Shown: positions 8,935-17,200 of the stretch, in pieces | How the letters are laid out: every line of letters begins with the position of its first letter | How positions within the stretch are numbered: the first letter of the stretch is position 1 | Assembly: GCA_902495075.1 (NCBI GenBank) | Contig: CABUVO010000018.1 | Span: forward strand, 13,228 to 77,227 | Origin: an uncultured Porphyromonadaceae bacterium | GTDB lineage: Bacteria; Bacteroidota; Bacteroidia; Bacteroidales; Muribaculaceae | DNA length: 64,000 nucleotides | Direction: 5' to 3' | Made by a program: the position numbers and the translations under genes | The notes under the pieces: model-generated | Seen by the model: only the letters and a program-made list of their open reading frames with translations | Told to the model about the DNA's origin: nothing | Databases searched by the model: none

Positions 8935-10986
8935 ATGCTTAAACATATATTTTGTTCTGTCCTCCTATCCGTTTCAATCGGAGCATCAGCACAATTACTG
9001 GGAGATGCATATCTGAGTGCTGATAACGAGACTCTAAATATCTTTTATACGCCAGGGAAGGACGGAGCGGTTAAATTATTAATGAGTCAGGATGGTGGAG
9101 AATGGGTAGAGCTTCATAATTTTACAAATTCTCCGGACGGAAAAATCACATGGAATGTATTCACAGATTATCCTGAAGGTATTAAAAATGCTCGTTTCCG
9201 CGTATCTGCCTATTCTCTGGAAGATATAAGCAATATTCCATCGCTTCCATCGGGACTTCACGCATTGCCGTCGGAAAGGGTTGTTCATGGTAATTTTGCA
9301 TATTTCCTGGAAGAGGACAAGACTTCAAGATATGGCGGAGACTTGCGGAAAGGAACAGCAGCGACTTCCACACAACAAGTTACAGTAACAGCTAATGTCT
9401 ATATATACGATTTCGTGAGTCAGAAATGGACAAGAATTAGCAATGTCGCTTCAGAATCAGTACGAGTACCCAAGCATACCCATAACGGTCTGTTCCCGTC
9501 GCCAAGGATTCCCTCTTACAGCATTTGGGTGGCTTCGGACGGGACAGTAAATGTAGGTGGCAAACAAGTATCCAATGATAAACTCGATGCATATTCAATA
9601 TCCCAGCCGCTTACAATTCGTCCACGTTTTTCAACTTTCGCAAAAAATTATGTTGAAAAGAAAATCGATGCATGGCAAATCAAAGGTGAATTTGAGAAAA
9701 CTTCTGATTATCGCAACCGCATACTTAGTGAACGTGATAACCGCATAGCGCAATACACCGAAGAGGCAAAACAGCTCTTCATCAATAGTCAGAAACCGGC
9801 TGATCTCCGAGCATCCATGACCCTGGGACGCTATGATTCAGACAATGAAGTGTTTCTCATCTCCACGCCTCAGTATGGAGATATGTTCGTACCGGTACCG
9901 GTAAAAGATGCCCCAAAATTCAAGAAAGACTGGATAAAAGTAGCCGCGATACCAGCATATGCGATCGAAAATGACGAGCTTATACTGGCTGGCGTTACGT
10001 TCAGACCCAATAAAGGCAAAGCCAAACAAGCATATTACTACAAACGCGGAAGCGCAACGGAATATTCGATTCCGGAGATCGCATTCAATTTCAAGCCGAT
10101 AGAAATCGATGCACCGGAAACATCTGATAGTGGAAACACACCCGGGAGCACTATCAGACATGAAAAAGTTGTTGTAGGAAATATTTCTGATGTTGATACA
10201 GACATTCCTGAGGGTAATAAAACAGCAAATGCCAATACTTTTGCAGTGATTATTTCCAATGAGAACTATCGTCGGGTGGCATCTGTGGAATATGCGCTCA
10301 ACGACGGACGCAGCGTAGCCAACTATTTACGTCGCACATTAGGATTATCAGATAAACACATTCATCACATAGAGGATGCCACCCTCAATGACATCCGGAA
10401 TGAAATCGATTGGATGAAAAGTGTTGGCAAAGCATATAATGGAGATGCGTCTTTTATTGTCTATTATGCTGGTCATGGTTTGCCGGACGATGCCAATCAA
10501 AACGGTTATCTACTACCGGTCGATGGTTATGGATCAAATGTCTCAACAGCCCTTTCAATGAATGATCTTGCCAATGAACTTGGTGCCATTGATTCCAAAA
10601 TCACATTAGTGCTTCTTGATGCTTGTTTTTCTGGTGCAGTGCGTTCCGGTGCGATGCTGTCATCGGAACGAGGTGTGGCACTGAAGGTAAAACCTCATAA
10701 TGTCAATCGAGGCAACGTGGTGATGATTTCCGCATCGCAGGAAGATCAGACCGCATCCAAATACGATGAACAAGGTCATGGACTCTTCACTTATTTTCTC
10801 CTGAAGAGTCTTCAAGACACAAAAGGGCGTGTTACTATCGGACAGCTCGTAGAGGATGTTACTAATAATGTTAACCGCATATCGGTAGTTGCCAACAACA
10901 AGTCACAAAGACCTGCCGTAACCGCATCTCCATCGATTTCCACAGACTGGCATTCAATAAGAATCAGCGAACTTTCGAAGTTTTAA
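8935..10986 (+). CDS. Signal-peptide-bearing caspase-family (C14) cysteine peptidase
   Basis: FAVIISNENY, VYYAGHG (His), LLDACFSG (Cys), HGLFTYFLLKSL, QRP; Sec signal MLKHIFCSVLLSVSIGASA. Confidence 0.9.
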   Translation: MLKHIFCSVLLSVSIGASAQLLGDAYLSADNETLNIFYTPGKDGAVKLLMSQDGGEWVELHNFTNSPDGKITWNVFTDYPEGIKNARFRVSAYSLEDISNIPSLPSGLHALPSERVVHGNFAYFLEEDKTSRYGGDLRKGTAATSTQQVTVTANVYIYDFVSQKWTRISNVASESVRVPKHTHNGLFPSPRIPSYSIWVASDGTVNVGGKQVSNDKLDAYSISQPLTIRPRFSTFAKNYVEKKIDAWQIKGEFEKTSDYRNRILSERDNRIAQYTEEAKQLFINSQKPADLRASMTLGRYDSDNEVFLISTPQYGDMFVPVPVKDAPKFKKDWIKVAAIPAYAIENDELILAGVTFRPNKGKAKQAYYYKRGSATEYSIPEIAFNFKPIEIDAPETSDSGNTPGSTIRHEKVVVGNISDVDTDIPEGNKTANANTFAVIISNENYRRVASVEYALNDGRSVANYLRRTLGLSDKHIHHIEDATLNDIRNEIDWMKSVGKAYNGDASFIVYYAGHGLPDDANQNGYLLPVDGYGSNVSTALSMNDLANELGAIDSKITLVLLDACFSGAVRSGAMLSSERGVALKVKPHNVNRGNVVMISASQEDQTASKYDEQGHGLFTYFLLKSLQDTKGRVTIGQLVEDVTNNVNRISVVANNKSQRPAVTASPSISTDWHSIRISELSKF

Positions 10987-10987
10987 T

Positions 10988-11018
10988 CAAATCAGTTTCG
11001 AGCTGTAATCAGCAGCGT
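10988..11018 (+). repeat. Right 31-bp direct repeat (encodes QISFEL* of the XRE gene)
   Basis: CAAATCAGTTTCGAGCTGTAATCAGCAGCGT, starting 1 nt after the caspase stop codon. Confidence 0.85.
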
Positions 11019-11115
11019 TTACTATTTAATGTACATTCGGTATACAGGATTCGTGGGACGGGAGGGGCGATTGGTTGAATAAATTTCGGGAGTCGGGGTG
11101 AATGGAGTAATATTG

Positions 11116-11154
11116 CGTCGGATTTGATTAGAAGATCAGATCCGACGTGTTTTT
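11116..11154 (+). terminator. Probable terminator of the caspase operon
   Basis: CGTCGGATTTGAT / ATCAGATCCGACG stem followed by TGTTTTT. Confidence 0.55.
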
Positions 11155-12561
11155 ATGGGAAAACTGATTTCTACAAAAATATTACTTCTGACAAGTCACG
11201 TTTTTTACAACGCGACAGCCATTACTGTTATCAGTAAGTTTTACCATGTGTGTGTCATCCCTACAATCTTGGCAATCTGCGGCATGATAATATTGCCTGC
11301 GACAACGGCGAACGCTGACACGTGGACATATGCCGATTGCGTGAATTATGCGCGTGAGCATAATATCTCGCTGCAGAAATCCCGTATCTCGGAGGAAACG
11401 GCTTCCTATGACCTTGAGGAGGTTCAGGCTCAATGGCAACCGTCGCTCGATTTCGCCACATCCCACAGCTATGTCAACGCTCCGTTCTCCAATGGCGACA
11501 AGAACGCTTATAACAGTTCTTATGGACTCAACGCAGGATGGACTATATGGAATGGGGGAGTGCGCGAAAATACCATCAAGCGCGACAAGCTCCAGACTGA
11601 AATAGCTCGTCTCAATACAGGCGACATCATGCGCACTCTTGAAACAGATCTTCTACAGGTATATATAAACATCCTTTACGCCAAGGAGGCTATCGGCATC
11701 TACGAGGAGGCGGAGAAGGTGAGTCTGGCGCAGGCTGACCGCGGCAAGCAGCTGATGGAGGCAGGACGCATGTCACGCGTGGATTATGCCCGTCTGCAAA
11801 GCCAGTATGAGCAAGACCATTATTCTTTGGTAAATGCCCGTACCACTTATGATTCACGCCGCATGGAGCTCAAGAAACTTCTTGAATTAGGTATCGACGC
11901 CGACATTGAGCTTTCCGAAGTGATGTGGACCGCTGAACAGGTGCTTGCCGTCTTGCCGCCGATGGATGAGAGCTACCGATTGGCTGTCGCTACGGATCTA
12001 AAGATTCAAGGATTGGAGAAAGAGATGGAATCGTCGGAATATGACGTTGCTATCGCGAAAGCGGGACACGCTCCTAAAATCGCTCTCAACGCGGGTGTTG
12101 GCACGGGCTATTACGCTCCCGGAGGAAATTTCGGCACCGGACTGAAGCTGGCACTCAACGAGCAGATCGGACTTTCACTCTCCATCCCCATCTTCGATAA
12201 CAAAAAGACGAAAACCGCAACGGCACGAGCCCGCGCACAACAGCTAAACGCGCAACTTGACATAGACCAGCGACAGACGGAACTCGCGCAGACGGTGGAG
12301 AATTGGTATATCGACACCCGTTCGGCACAGGCAAGATTCATTGCCGCGCAGTCAAATCTTGAATCGGCAAAACTCAGCGACGAGCTCTGCAATGAGCAGT
12401 TTGCGATAGGCTATGTCAACACCGTGGAACTGATGACCGCCCACAATACTCTCATTGAGGCGCAACATTCTTTGCTTCAGGCAAAATATATGGCGATGCT
12501 CGGACATAAGATGATAGAATTCTATCGGACAGCGGAATGCCATTTAGGAATTAGGAATTAG
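11155..12561 (+). CDS. tolC: TolC-family outer membrane efflux protein (true start probably downstream, ~11248-11284)
   Basis: WTYADCVNYAREHN start, two OEP repeats (QWQPSL, LSLSIPIFD); signal peptide ends ANA/DTW. Confidence 0.9.
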   Translation: MGKLISTKILLLTSHVFYNATAITVISKFYHVCVIPTILAICGMIILPATTANADTWTYADCVNYAREHNISLQKSRISEETASYDLEEVQAQWQPSLDFATSHSYVNAPFSNGDKNAYNSSYGLNAGWTIWNGGVRENTIKRDKLQTEIARLNTGDIMRTLETDLLQVYINILYAKEAIGIYEEAEKVSLAQADRGKQLMEAGRMSRVDYARLQSQYEQDHYSLVNARTTYDSRRMELKKLLELGIDADIELSEVMWTAEQVLAVLPPMDESYRLAVATDLKIQGLEKEMESSEYDVAIAKAGHAPKIALNAGVGTGYYAPGGNFGTGLKLALNEQIGLSLSIPIFDNKKTKTATARARAQQLNAQLDIDQRQTELAQTVENWYIDTRSAQARFIAAQSNLESAKLSDELCNEQFAIGYVNTVELMTAHNTLIEAQHSLLQAKYMAMLGHKMIEFYRTAECHLGIRN

Positions 12562-12578
12562 GAATGAGGAATTAAGTT
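12544..12578 (+). repeat. Heptamer tandem array (TTAGGAA)x3 plus degenerate units
   Basis: TTAGGAA TTAGGAA TTAGGAA TGAGGAA TTAAGTT across the tolC stop. Confidence 0.85.
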
Positions 12579-13752
12579 GGATATGAAAATAAAGAATCTG
12601 ATAACGATTACAGTGTTTTCGGCTATTTGCTGGAGCTGCGGCAAGGAGGAGAAGCTTTCGCTTGATACCACCAAGGTTGAGCGCGGTGAGCTGACCGAAA
12701 CCGTCACGGCGACAGGTACCATGGAATCGGTGACGCAAGTGGATGTCGGTACACAGGTAACAGGCGTAATCGACAAACTGTATGCTGACTATAATTCGAT
12801 TGTGACCAAGGGTGAACTTATCGCTGAGATTGAAAAGACCACTCTCGAAAGCGATCTGCGAAGCGCCGAGGCAAACGTTGAGTCGGCAAGACTTACCTAT
12901 GAGTATAATCTCACCAACTATAAGCGTGACAAGGCTCTACACGACAAGCAGCTGATAAGCGATTATGAGTTTCAGACATCTACCAAAGAGCTGAAGGTTT
13001 CCAAAACTGCCTACGACAAGGCGAAGGCGGACAAAGTGAGAGCTGCCAAGAACCTAAACTACGCCGAAATATACTCACCAATCGACGGTATCATCATCTC
13101 CCGCGATGTTGAGGTGGGACAGACCGTAGTAGCGAACATGAGTGTCGCCAACCTCTACACGATCGCGGATCTTGACAATATGCAGGTGATCGGAGATGTG
13201 GACGAGGCAGACATAGGTCAGGTGAAGGTAGGGCAACCCGTGACATTCTCCGTAGATGCTTACCCTGATCAGCTCTTCAATGGAACAGTGACGCAGGTGC
13301 GGCTCAATCCTACCACTACTAACAACGTGGTGACATATGAAGTGGTGGTGAGCGCTGAAAATCCGGATCATAAGCTGATTCCCGGTCTGACAGCCAACCT
13401 CACCATATATGTGATGCGCCAACAGAATATACTGTTGTTATCCAACAAAGCCTTCGCTTTCGAGCCAAAGGCTGATCCGGAGAATAAGAAACTCCCTCAG
13501 CCAACCGGTGACAGCAAGAACATCAAGCTTGGGGAGAATCAGAAACTCGTGTGGGTAGTAAAGGGAAATTCCCTTGTGCCGACAGCGGTGACAACTGGAG
13601 AAAGCAACGGCATCAAGACCGAGATACTCTCCGGGCTGAAAGAGGGAGACATTGTTGCAGAAGATTATTCCTCAATGGCTCAGATGCCGCAGGCTCAAGA
13701 GGGAGACAGAAGTCCGTTTGCTCCGCAACCACCGGGAAAGAGGAAGAAGTAG
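12577..13752 (+). CDS. macA: MacA-like periplasmic adaptor (membrane fusion protein)
   Basis: TVTATGT...VGTQVTG, IYSPIDGIII...VEVGQTV, VDEADIGQVKVGQ, EILSGLKEGD. Confidence 0.92.
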   Translation: MDMKIKNLITITVFSAICWSCGKEEKLSLDTTKVERGELTETVTATGTMESVTQVDVGTQVTGVIDKLYADYNSIVTKGELIAEIEKTTLESDLRSAEANVESARLTYEYNLTNYKRDKALHDKQLISDYEFQTSTKELKVSKTAYDKAKADKVRAAKNLNYAEIYSPIDGIIISRDVEVGQTVVANMSVANLYTIADLDNMQVIGDVDEADIGQVKVGQPVTFSVDAYPDQLFNGTVTQVRLNPTTTNNVVTYEVVVSAENPDHKLIPGLTANLTIYVMRQQNILLLSNKAFAFEPKADPENKKLPQPTGDSKNIKLGENQKLVWVVKGNSLVPTAVTTGESNGIKTEILSGLKEGDIVAEDYSSMAQMPQAQEGDRSPFAPQPPGKRKK

Positions 13753-13805
13753 GTTTTTAGGCTTTAGGTGTTAGGCTTTAGGCATTAGGGTTTAGGTTTA
13801 TGGTT
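13749..13805 (+). repeat. Heptamer tandem array TTAGGNN (six clear units)
   Basis: TTAGGCT TTAGGTG TTAGGCT TTAGGCA TTAGGGT TTAGGTT at 13757-13798. Confidence 0.9.
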
Positions 13806-13825
13806 GGGGTTTAAGGTTTAATAAA

Positions 13826-14575
13826 ATGAGCGAGAAGAAGGAAATAATAAAGGTCGAAAAACTGCGGCGGGAATTTATCGTCGGAGGTGAGAAGGTGAAA
13901 GCCCTGCGGGGTGTTTCCTTCACCATCCGTGAGGGTGAATTCGTCACAATCATGGGCTCTTCCGGTTCCGGTAAATCGACATTGCTGAATATTCTCGGTT
14001 GCCTTGATACCCCGACTTCGGGAGAGTATTGGCTCGACGGGACTTCGGTGCAGTCGATGAGCAAAAACCAGCGGGCGATTACTCGCAACCGCAAGATCGG
14101 TTTCGTGTTCCAGAATTATAATCTTCTCCCCAAAACCACAGCCATAGAAAATGTGGAACTTCCGCTCCTCTATAACCCGGCTGTCGGCGCGAAGGAACGT
14201 CGTGAGAGGGCAATAGCAGCCCTTGAAGCCGTAGGACTCTCCGAACGTCTGAACCATAAAAGCAACCAGATGTCGGGCGGTCAGCAGCAACGCGTGGCGA
14301 TAGCCCGTGCGCTGGTAAACGATCCGGTAATAATCCTCGCCGATGAAGCCACCGGTAACCTCGACACCCGCACATCGTTCAGCATTCTGACCTTGTTTCA
14401 GGAGCTGCACAAGAAAGGAAGAACAATAATTTTTGTAACGCATAACCCGGACCTGGCAGAATATTCTTCGCGAAACATCGTTTTAAAAGATGGAAGGGTT
14501 GTCTCCGACACCTACAATCCGACTCCGGCATCGGCACGCGAAGCTTACGAGAACCTACCTAAAGAGACAGACTGA
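13826..14575 (+). CDS. ABC transporter ATP-binding protein (MacB/LolD type)
   Basis: Walker A GSSGSGKST, signature MSGGQQQR, Walker B IILADE, VTH. Confidence 0.95.
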   Translation: MSEKKEIIKVEKLRREFIVGGEKVKALRGVSFTIREGEFVTIMGSSGSGKSTLLNILGCLDTPTSGEYWLDGTSVQSMSKNQRAITRNRKIGFVFQNYNLLPKTTAIENVELPLLYNPAVGAKERRERAIAALEAVGLSERLNHKSNQMSGGQQQRVAIARALVNDPVIILADEATGNLDTRTSFSILTLFQELHKKGRTIIFVTHNPDLAEYSSRNIVLKDGRVVSDTYNPTPASAREAYENLPKETD

Positions 14576-15792
14576 TGAATATAGCGAATCTCTTGAAAAT
14601 AGCGTTGAAAGCTCTCAACAACAATAAGCTCCGGTGCTTCCTGACAATGCTCGGCATTATCATCGGAGTGGCATCGGTGATCACGATGCTTGCAATAGGG
14701 CAGGGATCAAAAAACAGTATCAAGGAACAGATCTCGGAGATGGGTTCCAACATGATAATGATACATCCCGGCAACATGCAGCGGGGCGGAGTGCGTCAGA
14801 GTGCAGATGATATGCAGAGCCTGGAAGTTACGGATTATGAAGCGTTGCAGACATTGCCCGGAATCGCGGCGATATCCCCATCGGTCAATTCCTCGGGGCA
14901 GCTCGTGAACGGCAACAACAACTATCCCTCCACAATCTATGGAGTGACACCCGACTACCTTGACATCCGCAAACTGAAGGTGAAGGAAGGGGCGATGTTT
15001 ACCGACCACGACATCAAATCGGCGGCAAAGGTATGCATACTCGGGAAGACAGTTGTCGACAACCTTTTCCCCAATGGAGAAGACCCGGTGGGGAGGGTGA
15101 TCCGCTTCGGAAAGATACCCCTGACGGTAATCGGAGTGCTTGAATCCAAGGGAACCAACTCGATGGGAATGGATCAGGATGATGTGGTGATAGCGCCTTA
15201 CACTACGGTGATGAAACGCATCCTCGCCATTGATTACATCCAGGGGATATTCGCCAGCGCGGTGGATGAAAACCGCACAGAAGAGACAATCGACGAAATC
15301 ACAGAGGTGCTTCGCGAGCGTCACAAGATACAGCCGGGAGCAGACGACGACTTCGACATACGTTCGCAACAGGAGCTTAGTCAGATGATGAACTCCACAA
15401 GCGACATGATGACAGTCTTGCTTGCGTGCATAGCCGGCATCTCGCTTCTTGTAGGCGGAATCGGTATTATGAACATAATGTACGTATCAGTCACCGAACG
15501 CACGCGTGAGATCGGACTGAGAATGTCGATAGGGGCGCGAGGGATAGACATACTGTCGCAATTCCTCATCGAGGCGGTGATAATCAGCGTCAGCGGCGGC
15601 ATTATCGGGATAATTGCAGGTTGCGTGGCAACCTGGCTCGTCAATCTGATAGCCCATTGGCCCGTCTACATACAGATGTATTCCGTGCTGCTCTCGTTTG
15701 CCGTCTGCACGATCACCGGCATCTTCTTCGGCTGGTATCCAGCCAAGAAAGCCGCCAACCTCGACCCCATAGAGGCGATACGGTATGAATAG
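14575..15792 (+). CDS. macB: MacB-type ABC permease
   Basis: LRCFLTMLGIIIGV, GGIGIMNIMYVSVTERTREIG, YPAKKAANLDPIEA. Confidence 0.93.
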   Translation: MNIANLLKIALKALNNNKLRCFLTMLGIIIGVASVITMLAIGQGSKNSIKEQISEMGSNMIMIHPGNMQRGGVRQSADDMQSLEVTDYEALQTLPGIAAISPSVNSSGQLVNGNNNYPSTIYGVTPDYLDIRKLKVKEGAMFTDHDIKSAAKVCILGKTVVDNLFPNGEDPVGRVIRFGKIPLTVIGVLESKGTNSMGMDQDDVVIAPYTTVMKRILAIDYIQGIFASAVDENRTEETIDEITEVLRERHKIQPGADDDFDIRSQQELSQMMNSTSDMMTVLLACIAGISLLVGGIGIMNIMYVSVTERTREIGLRMSIGARGIDILSQFLIEAVIISVSGGIIGIIAGCVATWLVNLIAHWPVYIQMYSVLLSFAVCTITGIFFGWYPAKKAANLDPIEAIRYE

Positions 15793-15876
15793 ATGTTAGG
15801 CGTTAGGCTTTAGGTGTTAGGTGTTAGGCATTAGAGCGAAGCATTAAACATTTAACATTAAAAATTACACATTAAA
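15789..15876 (+). repeat. Heptamer arrays TTAGGNN x5 followed by CATTAAA-type units
   Basis: TTAGGCG TTAGGCT TTAGGTG TTAGGTG TTAGGCA (15796-15830), then CATTAAA CATTTAA CATTAAA AATTACA CATTAAA (15842-15876). Confidence 0.88.
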
Positions 15877-15954
15877 ATTAGGTATCCCCGTGAGGGGAGA
15901 TTATAAATGGTTGAATCAAGACTATGTAAAGTTAGAATAGTTTGTGTTTGATTT

Positions 15955-15999
15955 ATGTAGAGAGCCGGCTGCCCGAGAGGGTCGCCGGCTCTATTTTTT
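15955..15999 (+). repeat. Conserved hairpin element copy 1 (terminator/REP-like)
   Basis: ATGTAGAGAGCCGGCTGCCC-GAGA-GGGTCGCCGGCTCTATTTTTT. Confidence 0.85.
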
Positions 16000-16072
16000 A
16001 ATTCTGTAGATTCTGAATTTTCAATTTGAAAGCGGCGCACAATGGCGACCGAAAGCACATGAACTCGACTGT

Positions 16073-16396
16073 TCACTTGAGCACTGAAACAAAAGAGGGT
16101 ATAAACTGAATGCCAAGCACGGCAGCTATGCGAAAGAAACTCGACAATTGAATATCGGTTTTGCCTTGCTCCACACGTGCGATGTAACTCTGTTCGCGAC
16201 CTATTTTATCTGCTATCTGTTTTTGTGTCAGATTCAATTCCTTACGGCGCTCACGAAGCATGTTACCATAAAACCAGGCAAGAGACTCTTCATTGAATTG
16301 CTCTCGTGAAAGTGTGCCCAACTCACCATATTTTTCATCAAGCAATTGATTTGCAGTATTAAGACGCTCTAATTTATGTGGATCGATAGCTCTCAT
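16073..16396 (-). CDS. XRE/HTH antitoxin (HigA-like)
   Basis: LTQKQIADKIGREQSYIARVEQG HTH; overlaps the toxin stop. Confidence 0.9.
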   Translation of the reverse strand: MRAIDPHKLERLNTANQLLDEKYGELGTLSREQFNEESLAWFYGNMLRERRKELNLTQKQIADKIGREQSYIARVEQGKTDIQLSSFFRIAAVLGIQFIPSFVSVLK

Positions 16397-16758
16397 AGTT
16401 CCAAATTATTTAATATTGACATTGCTTTTTCTATTTGTTTACGATAATCCTTTTTATCCTTTTTGAGAAAGGCATTCAGGAAGATTATATTCCTGGCTTC
16501 AATAATATTATCCCTATCTATTGCAAAAATTACTGTTCTATATTCATTCGTGCCGACAGATACCCTCATTTCATAAAGGTCTGTGTTTTCAAGATGCTTT
16601 ACGAACTTTGAAGGAATGGTATAAATCGTTGAGATAACATTCATTACGAAATCAAATTTATTTTGTATCTTGACAGGCAATGAGATATAAAACGCCTCGA
16701 ATTCGGGTGTTTTATAAATTGTACGCACATAATGCGATTTATCCTCCTCTTGATTCAT
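16393..16758 (-). CDS. RelE/ParE-superfamily toxin (HigB/Gp49-like)
   Basis: KFVKHLENTDLYEMRVSVGTNEYR and FLNAFLKK; toxin-first order upstream of an XRE gene. Confidence 0.87.
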   Translation of the reverse strand: MNQEEDKSHYVRTIYKTPEFEAFYISLPVKIQNKFDFVMNVISTIYTIPSKFVKHLENTDLYEMRVSVGTNEYRTVIFAIDRDNIIEARNIIFLNAFLKKDKKDYRKQIEKAMSILNNLEL

Positions 16759-16762
16759 GAAG

Positions 16763-16794
16763 CAAATATAACTAATTAGTAATAATTAAACAAA
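16763..16794 (-). promoter_or_regulatory. TA promoter with a palindromic operator; near-leaderless transcript
   Basis: Minus strand TTTG (16794-16791), 20 nt, TATATTTG (16770-16763), 4 nt before the ATG; perfect palindrome ACTAATTAGT at 16771-16780. Confidence 0.75.
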
Positions 16795-16836
16795 TTTTCT
16801 TAGAAAAAATATTCATAAAAACTTGCTTTATGTTCC

Positions 16837-16943
16837 ACTCCGAACTTTTCTACCATTTTACTCCGAACTTTTTGACCATTTTACTCCGAACTTTTCTACC
16901 GTTTTACTCCGAACTTTTCTACCGTTTTACTCCGAACTTTTCT
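16837..16943 (+). repeat. 23-bp tandem repeat, ~4.7 copies (ACTCCGAACTTTTCTACCRTTTT)
   Basis: Units start at 16837, 16860, 16883, 16906 and 16929; no spacers. Confidence 0.95.
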
Positions 16944-16961
16944 AAAATTCAAATATGATTC

Positions 16962-17008
16962 ATGTAGAAGAGCCGGCTGCCCATGAGGGTCGCCGGCTCT
17001 ATTTTTTT
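16962..17008 (+). repeat. Conserved hairpin element copy 2
   Basis: ATGTAGAAGAGCCGGCTGCCC-ATGA-GGGTCGCCGGCTCTATTTTTTT. Confidence 0.85.
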
Positions 17009-17200
17009 CATTTGGATGAGCACTGAGACAACGGAGGGTATGAACCGAATAACAAGCACAGCGGCTATACTGAATCTGTTAAATTTTTTTGGAAAATTTT
17101 TGCAGAATACGGATAATTTGTATCTTTGTGGCATCAAAGACAACCTAACAGGCAATCGTCGGACTCAAATCAGAAGTCATTTAAGTTACCTTAATATCCT

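Noticed and set aside
8935..10986. Known gasdermin/CHAT/Avs-type defence system
   Set aside because: No gasdermin, NTPase, TIR or TPR partner recognised, and the caspase has a signal peptide.
3722..11018. Autonomous transposon, ICE or prophage
   Set aside because: No integrase, transposase, relaxase or phage gene recognised; only the direct repeats are supported.
13749..13805. Eukaryotic telomere (TTAGG/TTAGGG) contamination
   Set aside because: Period is 7 with variable last two bases and arrays sit between intact bacterial operon genes.
16837..16943. CRISPR array
   Set aside because: Units are contiguous with no unique spacers, and no cas gene is present.
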